A DNA stretch of 64,000 nt from a virus: positions 5,952-69,951 of IMG/VR virus record IMGVR_UViG_3300044801_000187; one strand, 5' to 3'. Both the position numbers and the translations under genes were made by a program. Under the pieces are notes generated by a model. That model saw nothing but the letters and a program-made list of their open reading frames with translations, ran no database searches and was not told where the DNA came from. Position 1 is the stretch's first letter; the number at the start of each line of letters is the position of its first letter. Shown here in pieces: positions 28,035-38,081 of the stretch.

Positions 28035-30090
28035 AGTGTCAGACAAGCTCCCCAACATGCACTCCACGATGTTCAGGAAAATCCCCGTCGTCATACAGTG
28101 GCCCAAAGGCTCCACAAGAGTTGGCGAGCGGGAGGACGGAACGCCGTTCAAAACTGAAATGACGGCTGACTACGGGTATATTCCCGACACGGTAGCCGCT
28201 GGAGATTCTGAGCGCCTGGACATCTACATCGGGCCGAACGAGGACGCCGAGAACGCCTACGTCGTGGAGCAGATGAAGGAGGACGGCGAGACCTTCGACG
28301 AGTACAAGGTGCTGCTCGGCTTCGACAGCCTGGACGAGGCGGAGGAGACCTACCTGGAGCACGTCGAGGAGCAGCAGCTCGGCGACATCTCCGAGGTGCC
28401 GTTCGAGTACCTCTTCGACACGGTCATGGAGGAGCGCGGCGAGGACGAGGAGCAGGAGCGCGAAGAGATCGGCGCGGAGCTGGAGCAGGACGAGCAGAAG
28501 GTCGCGGCCGTAGAGCCGGACAAGGTCGACACCGACCCCGGCGTAGAGTTCAAAAGGATGTTCGAGTACCTGAACTCCCTCGGCTGGCTAGGCAGGAACC
28601 CGTGGTACCCAGAGAAGTGGCCGTTCTTCGCGATGCGCCTGTACAGCGACGGGTGGAAGTGGTCGCGGTGGGACAAGCCCGAGGCGGAAGGGAACAACCT
28701 CGCGGACCTGAAGAAGTTCCTGGCGCAGTTCGACCTCGGCAAGCTGAAGACCCCGAAGACGCCGACAACCATCAACGCGCAGCCTGTGCCCAGGAAGCTG
28801 AACGCGGGGCACGACGAGGAGCAGCACGGGGAGAAGCTGTCCGTGATCGACGCCTTCGTCAAACTCTACAAGCACGAGGTGGACTTCTACGAGGAGGTCG
28901 CCGCCATGGTCGCGGAGGAGCTCGACGGGGCGATCCAGGACGCGGGCATCCGCGCCATTATCACGCACCGCGCCAAGAAGCCGAACAGGCTGCGCGGGAA
29001 GCTCGTGAAGCGGGACCAGAACAGGCACTACCAGTCCTTCAGGGACATCAAGGACGACATCGTGGACCTGGCCGGGGTGCGCGTCGCGCTGTACCTCCCG
29101 AAGGACAGGGACGCGGTCGGCGGGATCATCGAGAAGCTGTTCGCCCCCGTCCGCGCCCCCAAGCGGTTCCCGGAGAACAGGAGCGAGGGGGACGGCGTCG
29201 GCTACGTGGCCACGCACTACCTCGTCCAGCTGCGCCCCGAGAACCTGCACAAGAAGGAGCTCCGCTACGCGGACACGAACGTGGAGATACAGGTCGCGTC
29301 CGTGCTCATGCACGCCTGGAGCGAGGTCACGCATGACCTGACGTACAAGCCGATCGCGGGGCCGCTGACGGAGGACGAACTCCGCATGGTCAACGACCTC
29401 AACGACGTGGTGCAGTCCGGCGAGGCGATCCTCAACGAGCTCCAGGAGGCCGTAGAGGGCCGCACCTCCAAGGAGCTCAGGTTCGACATCACGGCGGCGC
29501 TCACCGCGCTGGCCGGGAAGACGGCGGCGGGCAAGGTCACGTGGACGGAGACCATAGGCGTCGCGTCCAGGCTGGCGGCGCTGGACCAGAGCGGGGCGCT
29601 GAACGGGTACATGAAGGCCCTCGGCTGGGAGCAGATGGGGCCGTCGCAGTGGTACAGCCCGACCCACCCGCAGGACGTGGTCCACGTGTTCCACGACGGC
29701 TGGATTCACGCCCAGTGGGGCAGGAACATAGGCTCCGGGGACGGCGAGCAGGACCTCAAGGCGTGGCTCGGCCAGGTGGGCCTCGGGGAGGCGCAGCACC
29801 CGCACAAGCAGAGGCCCGTCACGCTCGGCGAGGGCGGCGTGCACACGAGCTACCTGAGGGCCAGGCTGGCGCTGTGGAAGGCCCACAAGGCGGACGAGCT
29901 GGATGACAGGCTGAGGGCGTATAATGAGACTCTGCCGAAGCTCCCGGTCGGAGACGAAAGGTACATGGAGCGGGCGCTCGACGCCCTGCACCCCGGCAAG
30001 AGCATGACGGAACTCTGGGCCCTGCCCAAGGACGAGTATCACAAGGTAATCGCCCTGGCGCAGGACTTAAAAAAGCAGGCAAACACCTAA
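28027..30090 (+). CDS. Polyvalent protein: inorganic pyrophosphatase plus RelA/SpoT synthetase domains
   Basis: PPase: DYGYI...D.ERLDIYIG...FDEYKVLLGF. RelA/SpoT: RAK...DLAGVRV...GY.ATHY...EIQV.S..MHAWSE..HDL.YK. Confidence 0.85.
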   Translation: MLKVSDKLPNMHSTMFRKIPVVIQWPKGSTRVGEREDGTPFKTEMTADYGYIPDTVAAGDSERLDIYIGPNEDAENAYVVEQMKEDGETFDEYKVLLGFDSLDEAEETYLEHVEEQQLGDISEVPFEYLFDTVMEERGEDEEQEREEIGAELEQDEQKVAAVEPDKVDTDPGVEFKRMFEYLNSLGWLGRNPWYPEKWPFFAMRLYSDGWKWSRWDKPEAEGNNLADLKKFLAQFDLGKLKTPKTPTTINAQPVPRKLNAGHDEEQHGEKLSVIDAFVKLYKHEVDFYEEVAAMVAEELDGAIQDAGIRAIITHRAKKPNRLRGKLVKRDQNRHYQSFRDIKDDIVDLAGVRVALYLPKDRDAVGGIIEKLFAPVRAPKRFPENRSEGDGVGYVATHYLVQLRPENLHKKELRYADTNVEIQVASVLMHAWSEVTHDLTYKPIAGPLTEDELRMVNDLNDVVQSGEAILNELQEAVEGRTSKELRFDITAALTALAGKTAAGKVTWTETIGVASRLAALDQSGALNGYMKALGWEQMGPSQWYSPTHPQDVVHVFHDGWIHAQWGRNIGSGDGEQDLKAWLGQVGLGEAQHPHKQRPVTLGEGGVHTSYLRARLALWKAHKADELDDRLRAYNETLPKLPVGDERYMERALDALHPGKSMTELWALPKDEYHKVIALAQDLKKQANT

Positions 30091-30110
30091 CCGCACCCCG
30101 AAGAGGCAGA

Positions 30111-30506
30111 ATGCGATCCGACCGCACGCTCCGGAAATGGTATAAGAGGATCAACAAGTTCTTCGACGGCGCGTGCCCCGACCGGGTGTGCGTGCGGTAC
30201 GCGAAGCCGGGCGAGGAGAAGCGGGAGATCGAGAAGAAGTACTTCGGCTGGGCGGACGACCCGAGCACCCCCACCTGGCCCCACGGCGAGAAGACCTGCC
30301 CGAACTGCCGCCACGACTTCGAGATCGTCCTGGACGAGAAGGCCCCCTGGATCAGCATCCTGTCCACCCTGGCGCACGAGATGATCCACCTCGCCACGAA
30401 CATGAAGGACGACCACGGCCCCGCCTTTTCCCAATGGCATGAGTACATTACGGAGCGCGGCATCTTCCGGAAGCACGCACTCTATCGCAACCACACGCTT
30501 TTTTAA
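30111..30506 (+). CDS. SprT-like zinc metalloprotease
   Basis: TLAHEMIH...DDHGPAF. Confidence 0.75.
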   Translation: MRSDRTLRKWYKRINKFFDGACPDRVCVRYAKPGEEKREIEKKYFGWADDPSTPTWPHGEKTCPNCRHDFEIVLDEKAPWISILSTLAHEMIHLATNMKDDHGPAFSQWHEYITERGIFRKHALYRNHTLF

Positions 30507-30508
30507 CT

Positions 30509-31011
30509 ATGACGAACGCAAAAATTACTCTAGGACTGAGCAAAAGCCAAATTAAACAGTTGCAGATCGGACTGACAAAAGGGGAACGCACCAAGAACAA
30601 CAAGGCGCGATACTTACTTAAGAAAAAAGCGAGAGCGGCGGACTGCCATCCAGACCGAATTCTTTTCGCAAAAGGGCTGTGTTCGAAATGTTACAGAGAA
30701 AAATATCGCACAGAAACCGCTAAGGAATTCTACGCGAAACAGGCCAGCAAAAAATTTCGTGAACGACTGTATAACATGCCAGATGATGAGTTTCAGGCGC
30801 AACGAAAATCGCAAGATGACCGTTGCGCTAGTGTGTAGATCATAACCATGCAACCGGAGAACGACGTATGCTTCTGTGCCAGCGGTGCAACCGGGGGCTT
30901 GGGATGTTTTTGGAAAACATTCAAACCCTACGAAACGCCGCTGATTATTTAGAGCGGTTTGCTAAATCATTGATTTCAAATGCTAAATGTTCTGAAACTT
31001 CTCGGACCTAA
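30509..31011 (+). pseudogene. Endonuclease VII-like gene with internal deletion and frameshift near 30830
   Basis: SQDDRCA* then VDHNHATGERRMLLCQRCNRGLG in another frame. Confidence 0.7.
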
Positions 31012-31025
31012 GTAGGGGAAAATCA

Positions 31026-34000
31026 ATGAGTTTGTTGGACAAAAAAGCAGCGAAGTTACCTAAAGGCTTTCGCGTTACCCTCCAAAAAGATAAAAGCGGA
31101 GTGTATTACGGCGTTATCTGGAAAGATGGTATTTTCTCAGGCACGTGTCCCATCGCGCATCAGCTTCAAGATACAGCCCGTGCTGCCGCCATTGGGTATG
31201 CTTGGGACATGTCAGGAGAACAGAGACCACCGGACAAACAAGCGTCTATGGACAAAGACGCTAAACTCCACGAGAACGCCTCGACGCAGATCGACGTTCC
31301 GACCAATGTTGCGGCGAAAATACTTGAGCTTAGCAAAGGGCTGATTCCTGATGATGCCCTCTCTGGGGATGGTCGCGTTGAGCATCTGCATTTGACCTTG
31401 AAGTACGGCGTCAAGCCCGACGCGGAGCTCCTCCGCCAGGCCCTCGTCGGCCAGCAGCCCTTCACCGTCACCCTCGGCAAGGTCATGGTCTTCGAGCCGT
31501 CGGAGACGACGGAGTCCCCCGTGGTCGTCGAGGCGCGGGCGGCCGAGCTCGGCCCGCTGCACGAGTCCGTGGGCGAGAAGATGGGCACCTTCCGCGACAC
31601 CTTCCCCTACAACCCGCACGTCACGGTCGCCTACGTCCGCCCGGACGCGGCTGAGCAGTTCGCGGGCAGCGACGCGTTCGCCGGGATCACGTTCCGGGCC
31701 AGCGCGGTCACCCTCTCCAAGCAGGACGACGACAACCAGGTGAAGCTCCCGCTCGGCAAGACGGCCGCCAGCCCAGGCGTGGCCCCGGAGATTCCGCAGC
31801 GCCCCGAGGTGAAGCGCGACGAGCCAGCCGTGGAGCCGCAGCCCGAGCCGGGGCAGAAGAAGCCCGCGCCCAAGAAGCAGCCCAAGAAAAAAATGACGCC
31901 GCAGGACGCCGACAAGCTAGTCGGGGACGCGGCGAGGAGGACCAGGAAGAAGCAGAGGCCGATGCGACCCACGGAGACCCCGCAGTTCAAGGCGTGGTTC
32001 TCTGGGTCGAAGATAGTGGGAGCCGACCGCAAGCCCCTCATGCTGTTCCACGGCACCACGCACGAGATCACGGAGTTCGACCCCGCGAGGGCGAGCGCCG
32101 AAGCGTGGTACGGCCCCGGCCTGTACTTCACGGACTCGAAGATAGACGTGGCGGCGAACTACGCCACGGACAAGGGCCCGGACATCACCCGGAACATCGA
32201 GAACCGTGCGGACTCCATCATGGACGACCTGCGCGAGGAGTACGAGGAGGCGAACGAGCACAGCCTGGACTACAACTCCGAGGACTACAAGGAGCTGTGG
32301 GCCAAGGCGTACGACACGGTCAAGGGTGAGTTCGCGGGGCCGAACCTCGGCGTGACAATGCCCGTGTACGTCAACATGAAGAACCCGGTCTACGTGCTCA
32401 AGAAGGGCGGCACGGAGTTCAACATCGACTTCGACGAGGAGACGGGCGAGGAGTCCGGCAGCGGGCTGGCGCTGTACAACGCCCTCAACCTCGCGGGCGG
32501 GAACTTCGGGGGAGACACGGGCAAAATCTGGGAGAGGATCACGGAGAACGGCACCGAGTTCAGCGCGTGGGACTTCGAGGACGCCGTCCGCGCGAGCGAC
32601 GACATACAGGACGACGAGGGGCGCATGGTCCCCGGGAACCTCATCGCGCAAATCTACCAGAAGATGAACTTCGACGGCATCGTCCAGGACGCATGGAACA
32701 CGTTCGGCGGCGGCGCGTACAAGAAAGATTACGGCGACGACTCTGGGATAGGCATGAAGATGGACAAGGGCGCGAGGCACTACATCCTGTGGGACCCGTC
32801 CAAGGTCAAGAGCGCGATCGGGAACGTCGGCACGTTCAGCCCGAAGAGCCCCAGCATCGTCGCGTCCGCCAGCCCCGCGCTCAGGCGGTGGTTCGGCGCG
32901 TCCAAGGTCGTGGACGACAGCTTCGAGCCCCGCGTGGTCTTCCACGGCAGCAAGTCCCCGTGGGTCACGTCGTTCGACATGGGCATGGAGGGCACGGGCG
33001 TGCACGGCTCCATGAAGTGGGGCGCGATCTGGTTCACCTCCAGCGCGGAGAACGCCGAGGAGTTCGCCGACACGCCGGAGGAGAAGACCGAGGCCAGCAT
33101 CGACGAGGTCACGGTGTACGGCAATGACCCGTACTACGCGGCCGTGTTCGACATTAACGGTGAGAGCCTGTTCGAGGTCGGCCCACACCCGACTGAGGAG
33201 GAGGCGCAGCGCGACGGCGCGACGCAGGCGACGGAGTACAACAAGCACCTCGGCGAGAACACGAACGTGCAGGGCTACTACCTGAAGATCGTCAGGCCGT
33301 ACGTCACCGACCAGGTGCCGAGGGAGAAGGAGTTCGAGGCGGCTAGGGCGGGCAAGCACGACGGGATCATCGCCAAGGACGTGATAGACGGATACACCCG
33401 CAGCGACGTGTTCGTGGTGTTCAGCCCCGCGCAGGTCAAGTCCACGCGCAGCGTGAAGTTCGACCCCGCGAGCGCCCATCTCACGGCTGCGGGCGGGAAG
33501 TTCCCCTCGTTCGCGCAGTACATCAAGAAGAACGGCGGCGTGATCAAACTGCTGGAGTCCATGGGCGACGCGTGGAACCACTACGTGGAGACGGCGGGGA
33601 TGGCCGTTGACGGCTTTGACGAGCTCCCCCCGGCGGAGCAGGAGAAGGCGGCCGAACAGTACGCCTATGAGGACCTGGCGAACCAATACGGGGACAGGGT
33701 GCACTTCTTCCGGGGCGTGATGTACCCCACGGCGATCTACCGCAAGGTTAAGCTGAAGAGCCGCGAGGAGCTGAACACGGGGAAGGTCGGCGTGTTCTGG
33801 TCCTGGAGCGAAAGCAAGGCTGAGGCGCATTGGAGCACGGGCGGCGGGAACACCGTCACGCTGAGGGCGGAGCTGGACAGCCCCAACCAGGTTGACTGGG
33901 ACGACACGATGTTCGTCAACCTCGACCCCAGCACCGGGGAGAACGAGGACGAGTGCCGCCTGAAGGAGGGCGCTAAGCTGAGGCTCACGGGCGTAAACTG

Positions 34001-37000
34001 GGGCGACGAGCAGCAGCTCTCCGGCCAATGGGGCCAGCCCCCGCAGGCAACGGTCACGGCGGCGGTGGAGCCGGAGGCGAAGGAGCGCCTCGACACGCTG
34101 GGCCAGGACGTAGTGGAGGAGAGGACGATCGGAGACTACGACCTGTTCGTCACCTACGACAGGAACTTCGGCGTGTACCAGATCGGCATGCAGCGCGTCG
34201 GGATGGACGCCTCCGACATCGGGCAGCAGGCCGAGCGGCAGCGGCAGGACAGGGGGCGCGGCGACAGGCGCGAGCTCGTGGCCACGGTGCAGGGCTGGGT
34301 CGACAAGTACCACCTGCTCATCATCGGCAGCATGAACCCCGCAAAGACCGAGAAGTACGTCCGCCTGCTCCGCATGCTGGGGTTCAAGCCGATCCAGAAA
34401 GAGCTCATGGGCATCCCGTTCGCCATGCTGACGGACGGAACGGTGAAGCTCGGCTCCATCAAGATCGCGGGGCGCAAGGACGCCGTGACCAGCCTCGTGA
34501 TGAGGGCGGACGCGGAGGGCTTCCCGGAGGTGCGGGTGCGCTGGGAGGGGCTGCGCTGGCGTCAGGTGCTCAAGGCGGTCAAGGCGATCGCGGGCGAGGT
34601 CGCGGGCCATCGCGTGCCGTGGGACGACATCCAGATATTCAACTCGCCGTGGAAGAGCCTGGACGAGCAGGAGGCTGGCTGGCACAGCAGCAAGTCGAGC
34701 GGGCAGGTCATGTTCGACGTGCTCAAGAACGGCTCGTGGGTCTCCGTGGGGGCGTCGTACAGGCCCGAGGCGGAGGCGCTGGGGGCCACGGAGCACCCGT
34801 GGGATGGCAACGCCGCCTACGAGCAGCACGCGCTCAACATGTTCGCCGCGAAGCAGGTAGGCAAGGACATCGGCGGGCAGCCCGAGTGGGTGCTGGGGCG
34901 CGTCGCCGCGTGGGAGAAGGTCGCGACGGAGATGGTCCTCCCGGCGGGCACCGCCCTGTACCGGGGCGTGGGCGAGGAGAAGGTCGAGCCAGCCAGCGTA
35001 GCGGCGGACGGCTGCCTGTGGACCACGCAGAGCCCGACCATGGCGAGGACGTACATCCCCGCGTCCGGCCTCACGCTGTACACCAGCCTGAGGGCGCTCG
35101 TCTCGCCGCCCGACGACCGCAGCGGCACGGGGGACGTCCAGAAGCAGCTCGGGTACGAGTTCACGGACGTCGACTACAAGGGGCAGATCAGGGCGCAGTC
35201 GTTCCGCTACCCCGCCGTCCGCGAGCGGCTCGTCTCCGGCACTCCGGTGCCCGAGAGGCCCGCCGACACGAAGGACAAGGCGGCGATGAACGCCTACTAC
35301 GAGGCCTGGGACAGGCGCAACGCCGAGGCCGACACGAAGTTCGCGGAGTGGGTGAAGGCGAGGCTGAAGGAGTACGGGTACGAGCCGGAGAAGCGCGGCG
35401 GCGAGGAGAGCTACAAGCTCTACGTCACGCTCAAGAACGGCAAGGAGGAGCTGCTCCAGAACGAGTACCAGCAGGGCACGCTGCTCACGTTCGAGACGCT
35501 TGAGCCGCTCCGCATCTTCGACATGACGGAGGGCGGCAGGCGCGAGGGCGACCTGATGGACCCGCAGTACCGCGAGTACTCCAAGTTCGAGCAGCTGGCG
35601 AAGGCCGGGTACGACGGGGTCAGGATCGCGGACTTCGCGCAGTCCGAGGACCAGGGCAACGTGGGGCACGACGCCATCGGCCTGTTCCAGCGGGCGCTCC
35701 CGAAGATCAGGGAGGCGAGGCGCGAAGCGGCCGCGCACCCGAAGGACCTGTGGGCGGAGGCGAAGAAGTACGGCTCGCACAAGACGCCGCCGCTCAGCGA
35801 CACGCGGTACGAGAACCCGGAGCGGGGCATGGAGACCAACGCCTACGCGGACATCCCGGAGAGGGTGAAGGGCATCTACGAGACGCCGTCCCTGGAGGAG
35901 CTCGCCCCGCAGATGTTCAAGCGGTCGTCGCACTTCCAGTTCCCGTCCTTCGCGGACTACCTGAAGGCGCACCCGGAGACCCTGGAGAACCCTGGCGACG
36001 AGGAGGAGTACGCCCACAAGGAGATCAACTACGACGACACGGTCGCCGGGCTGGACTTCGACTTCCCGCTCATCGTGTACCGCTCCGTGGAGCTGCCGGA
36101 GGGCACGCCGCCGAACTTCGAGGAGACGGGCGTGTTCTGGTCGTCCAACGCGGACTCCGCGCAGGCGTACTTCGGCTCCACGTCCATTTGGAGCCCGAAG
36201 ACGACGGAGCCGAAGGCGGAGACGCACGAGGTCATGATCGCGGCGCAGGTGCTCAAGCCCGAGGACGTAGAGTGGTACCAGACGCTCGTGGCAAACGTGC
36301 TCAACCCGGAGGAGAACGAGGTCACCGTCGTCAAGGGCTCCCAGCTCCGCCTCGTGGCCGTAGACGGCAAGAAGGTGAAGAGGCGCATGATCACCGCCGC
36401 GTTCTCGGAGCAGCAGAATCAGGTGCAGCACACCGACCACAAGGCGATCGGCATGAGCAAAACGCTCAAGGGTGACCCGTTCGCCGAGGAGTACGCCCTC
36501 CTGCACGGCGGGGCGCAGCCGAGCCTGGGTCCGCCCGCGTCCGACGCCCCGCCGAAGGGCATCGCCCCGCACGCGGAGGGCGAGGAGGACCTCGCGGTAA
36601 TGCAGGGCCAGGCGATGAAGCAGGGCGCTTCCCCGTTCGTCTTCGGCGACCCGTCGGAGAGAGACAAGACCTACACGACGGACAAGGGCGAGACATTCGA
36701 GCGCCTGCCGGGCGAGCAGGGCGACGAAACGCCCCCGAACAAACTGTTCGAGAAGCAGTACGGCAAGCCGTTCGACACGAGGAAGTTGCCCGAGTCGCCG
36801 AAGCGCCCCGTCACGGAGACGCCCGAGTTCAGGGCGTGGTTCGGGGACTCCAAGGCCGTGAACGCCAAAGGCGAGCCGCAGATGGTGTTCCACAGCACGC
36901 GGGCGAAGGTGGACTTCGAGGAGTTCAAGACGTCCCCCGTGAAGGAGGAGGGCGGCTGGGCGGCGAAGTCTAAGCCCGGCGACCCGTTCGACGCGATAGG

Positions 37001-38048
37001 CGCGTGGTTCGCGGCGGACAAGAAGCTGCTCAACGAGGTGTTCGAGTTCTACAGGATGCGCCGCAGGGGGCCGCCGAGGACGGTGCCCGTCTACCTCAGC
37101 ATCAAGACTCCGCTCGTCGTGGAGCACCGCACCGACCTTGAGGGGAGGATGCACGAGCTCATCCAGAAGTACCTCCCGAAGGTCTGGGCGAAGTGGCACA
37201 GGATGTGGAACGAGCAGGGCATGAAGTCCCCGTCCAGGCTCGCCAAGGCCAAGGCCGCCAGGAAGGCGTGCGAGATGGCGGGGTACGACGGCGTCAAGAT
37301 CGTGAACGACTACCACGGCGAGGCGTGGGTCGCGTTCTACCCGAACCAGATCAAGTCGGCGATCGGCAACACCGGGAAGTTCGACCCCTCCAGCCCGTCC
37401 ATCACGGCGTCGGAGACGGCGCTGTTCGCCAGGGTCGCGGGCGACGTGCCCAGGCCCGTCCTGGACGCGGCGCAGCGGATGCTCGACGACTTGCACGGCA
37501 ACACGCGGCTCTGCGGGGACAGCGGGGTTGTCGACGGATGGTGGGTCGAGACGCACACCCTCGGGTGCCGCGACGCGGCCGACGAGCCTGAGGAGAGCTG
37601 GCAGGAGAGCCACGACCGCATCCTTGACGAGTACGAAAATGACGGCATCAGCCACGTCATCATGGATGACAGCGGAATATTCGCCACCATGACGCCGCAG
37701 AGGGGGATCGAGAAGAACGCGGCCAAGCACGGGAAGTTCACGGGCGAGGTCTGGGCTAAAGAGTTAGCTCCGCCTCCGGTCATCTTCCAGATAGAGGTGC
37801 CGAAGGAGTCCCGTGATCATTTTAGTCAAGAGTCTGTGAAAGGAATGCTAGAGTTTTGGGCGTTCAAAGATCGCCCGCGCTGCTTTGTCAACGAGAGGAT
37901 CGTATTCACGTTCGACGGGCGACCGTTCGCGGAAGCAAGGGTCCTGAGAATAGAGGAGCCCGGGAACTCCGCCTGTGCACAAACTAAAAAATACCGAGAT
38001 TACTATAAGGTTCTGTGGTCTCCCAATACTGTTGTGAAGTATCAATAA
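31026..38048 (+). CDS. Giant polyvalent protein: 2H phosphoesterase plus multiple ADP-ribosyltransferase-like modules
   Basis: HLTL/HVTV; three F..WF..SK.V...P...(F/Y)H(G/S)...DG...(V/I)KS modules; two FPSFA.Y...YR...GVFWS...ExE modules; LYRG...WTT...YDG. Confidence 0.85.
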   Translation: MSLLDKKAAKLPKGFRVTLQKDKSGVYYGVIWKDGIFSGTCPIAHQLQDTARAAAIGYAWDMSGEQRPPDKQASMDKDAKLHENASTQIDVPTNVAAKILELSKGLIPDDALSGDGRVEHLHLTLKYGVKPDAELLRQALVGQQPFTVTLGKVMVFEPSETTESPVVVEARAAELGPLHESVGEKMGTFRDTFPYNPHVTVAYVRPDAAEQFAGSDAFAGITFRASAVTLSKQDDDNQVKLPLGKTAASPGVAPEIPQRPEVKRDEPAVEPQPEPGQKKPAPKKQPKKKMTPQDADKLVGDAARRTRKKQRPMRPTETPQFKAWFSGSKIVGADRKPLMLFHGTTHEITEFDPARASAEAWYGPGLYFTDSKIDVAANYATDKGPDITRNIENRADSIMDDLREEYEEANEHSLDYNSEDYKELWAKAYDTVKGEFAGPNLGVTMPVYVNMKNPVYVLKKGGTEFNIDFDEETGEESGSGLALYNALNLAGGNFGGDTGKIWERITENGTEFSAWDFEDAVRASDDIQDDEGRMVPGNLIAQIYQKMNFDGIVQDAWNTFGGGAYKKDYGDDSGIGMKMDKGARHYILWDPSKVKSAIGNVGTFSPKSPSIVASASPALRRWFGASKVVDDSFEPRVVFHGSKSPWVTSFDMGMEGTGVHGSMKWGAIWFTSSAENAEEFADTPEEKTEASIDEVTVYGNDPYYAAVFDINGESLFEVGPHPTEEEAQRDGATQATEYNKHLGENTNVQGYYLKIVRPYVTDQVPREKEFEAARAGKHDGIIAKDVIDGYTRSDVFVVFSPAQVKSTRSVKFDPASAHLTAAGGKFPSFAQYIKKNGGVIKLLESMGDAWNHYVETAGMAVDGFDELPPAEQEKAAEQYAYEDLANQYGDRVHFFRGVMYPTAIYRKVKLKSREELNTGKVGVFWSWSESKAEAHWSTGGGNTVTLRAELDSPNQVDWDDTMFVNLDPSTGENEDECRLKEGAKLRLTGVNWGDEQQLSGQWGQPPQATVTAAVEPEAKERLDTLGQDVVEERTIGDYDLFVTYDRNFGVYQIGMQRVGMDASDIGQQAERQRQDRGRGDRRELVATVQGWVDKYHLLIIGSMNPAKTEKYVRLLRMLGFKPIQKELMGIPFAMLTDGTVKLGSIKIAGRKDAVTSLVMRADAEGFPEVRVRWEGLRWRQVLKAVKAIAGEVAGHRVPWDDIQIFNSPWKSLDEQEAGWHSSKSSGQVMFDVLKNGSWVSVGASYRPEAEALGATEHPWDGNAAYEQHALNMFAAKQVGKDIGGQPEWVLGRVAAWEKVATEMVLPAGTALYRGVGEEKVEPASVAADGCLWTTQSPTMARTYIPASGLTLYTSLRALVSPPDDRSGTGDVQKQLGYEFTDVDYKGQIRAQSFRYPAVRERLVSGTPVPERPADTKDKAAMNAYYEAWDRRNAEADTKFAEWVKARLKEYGYEPEKRGGEESYKLYVTLKNGKEELLQNEYQQGTLLTFETLEPLRIFDMTEGGRREGDLMDPQYREYSKFEQLAKAGYDGVRIADFAQSEDQGNVGHDAIGLFQRALPKIREARREAAAHPKDLWAEAKKYGSHKTPPLSDTRYENPERGMETNAYADIPERVKGIYETPSLEELAPQMFKRSSHFQFPSFADYLKAHPETLENPGDEEEYAHKEINYDDTVAGLDFDFPLIVYRSVELPEGTPPNFEETGVFWSSNADSAQAYFGSTSIWSPKTTEPKAETHEVMIAAQVLKPEDVEWYQTLVANVLNPEENEVTVVKGSQLRLVAVDGKKVKRRMITAAFSEQQNQVQHTDHKAIGMSKTLKGDPFAEEYALLHGGAQPSLGPPASDAPPKGIAPHAEGEEDLAVMQGQAMKQGASPFVFGDPSERDKTYTTDKGETFERLPGEQGDETPPNKLFEKQYGKPFDTRKLPESPKRPVTETPEFRAWFGDSKAVNAKGEPQMVFHSTRAKVDFEEFKTSPVKEEGGWAAKSKPGDPFDAIGAWFAADKKLLNEVFEFYRMRRRGPPRTVPVYLSIKTPLVVEHRTDLEGRMHELIQKYLPKVWAKWHRMWNEQGMKSPSRLAKAKAARKACEMAGYDGVKIVNDYHGEAWVAFYPNQIKSAIGNTGKFDPSSPSITASETALFARVAGDVPRPVLDAAQRMLDDLHGNTRLCGDSGVVDGWWVETHTLGCRDAADEPEESWQESHDRILDEYENDGISHVIMDDSGIFATMTPQRGIEKNAAKHGKFTGEVWAKELAPPPVIFQIEVPKESRDHFSQESVKGMLEFWAFKDRPRCFVNERIVFTFDGRPFAEARVLRIEEPGNSACAQTKKYRDYYKVLWSPNTVVKYQ

Positions 38049-38081
38049 CTTGACTTTCACCGCCGCTAGCGGAGGTCAAAA

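Noticed and set aside
31917-37730. 1937-aa antisense ORF and other long shadow ORFs (e.g. 4076-5806, 23454-25439, 41525-43261)
   Set aside because: They mirror high-GC3 sense genes, have no motifs, and are the expected stop-poor antisense frames of GC-rich coding DNA.
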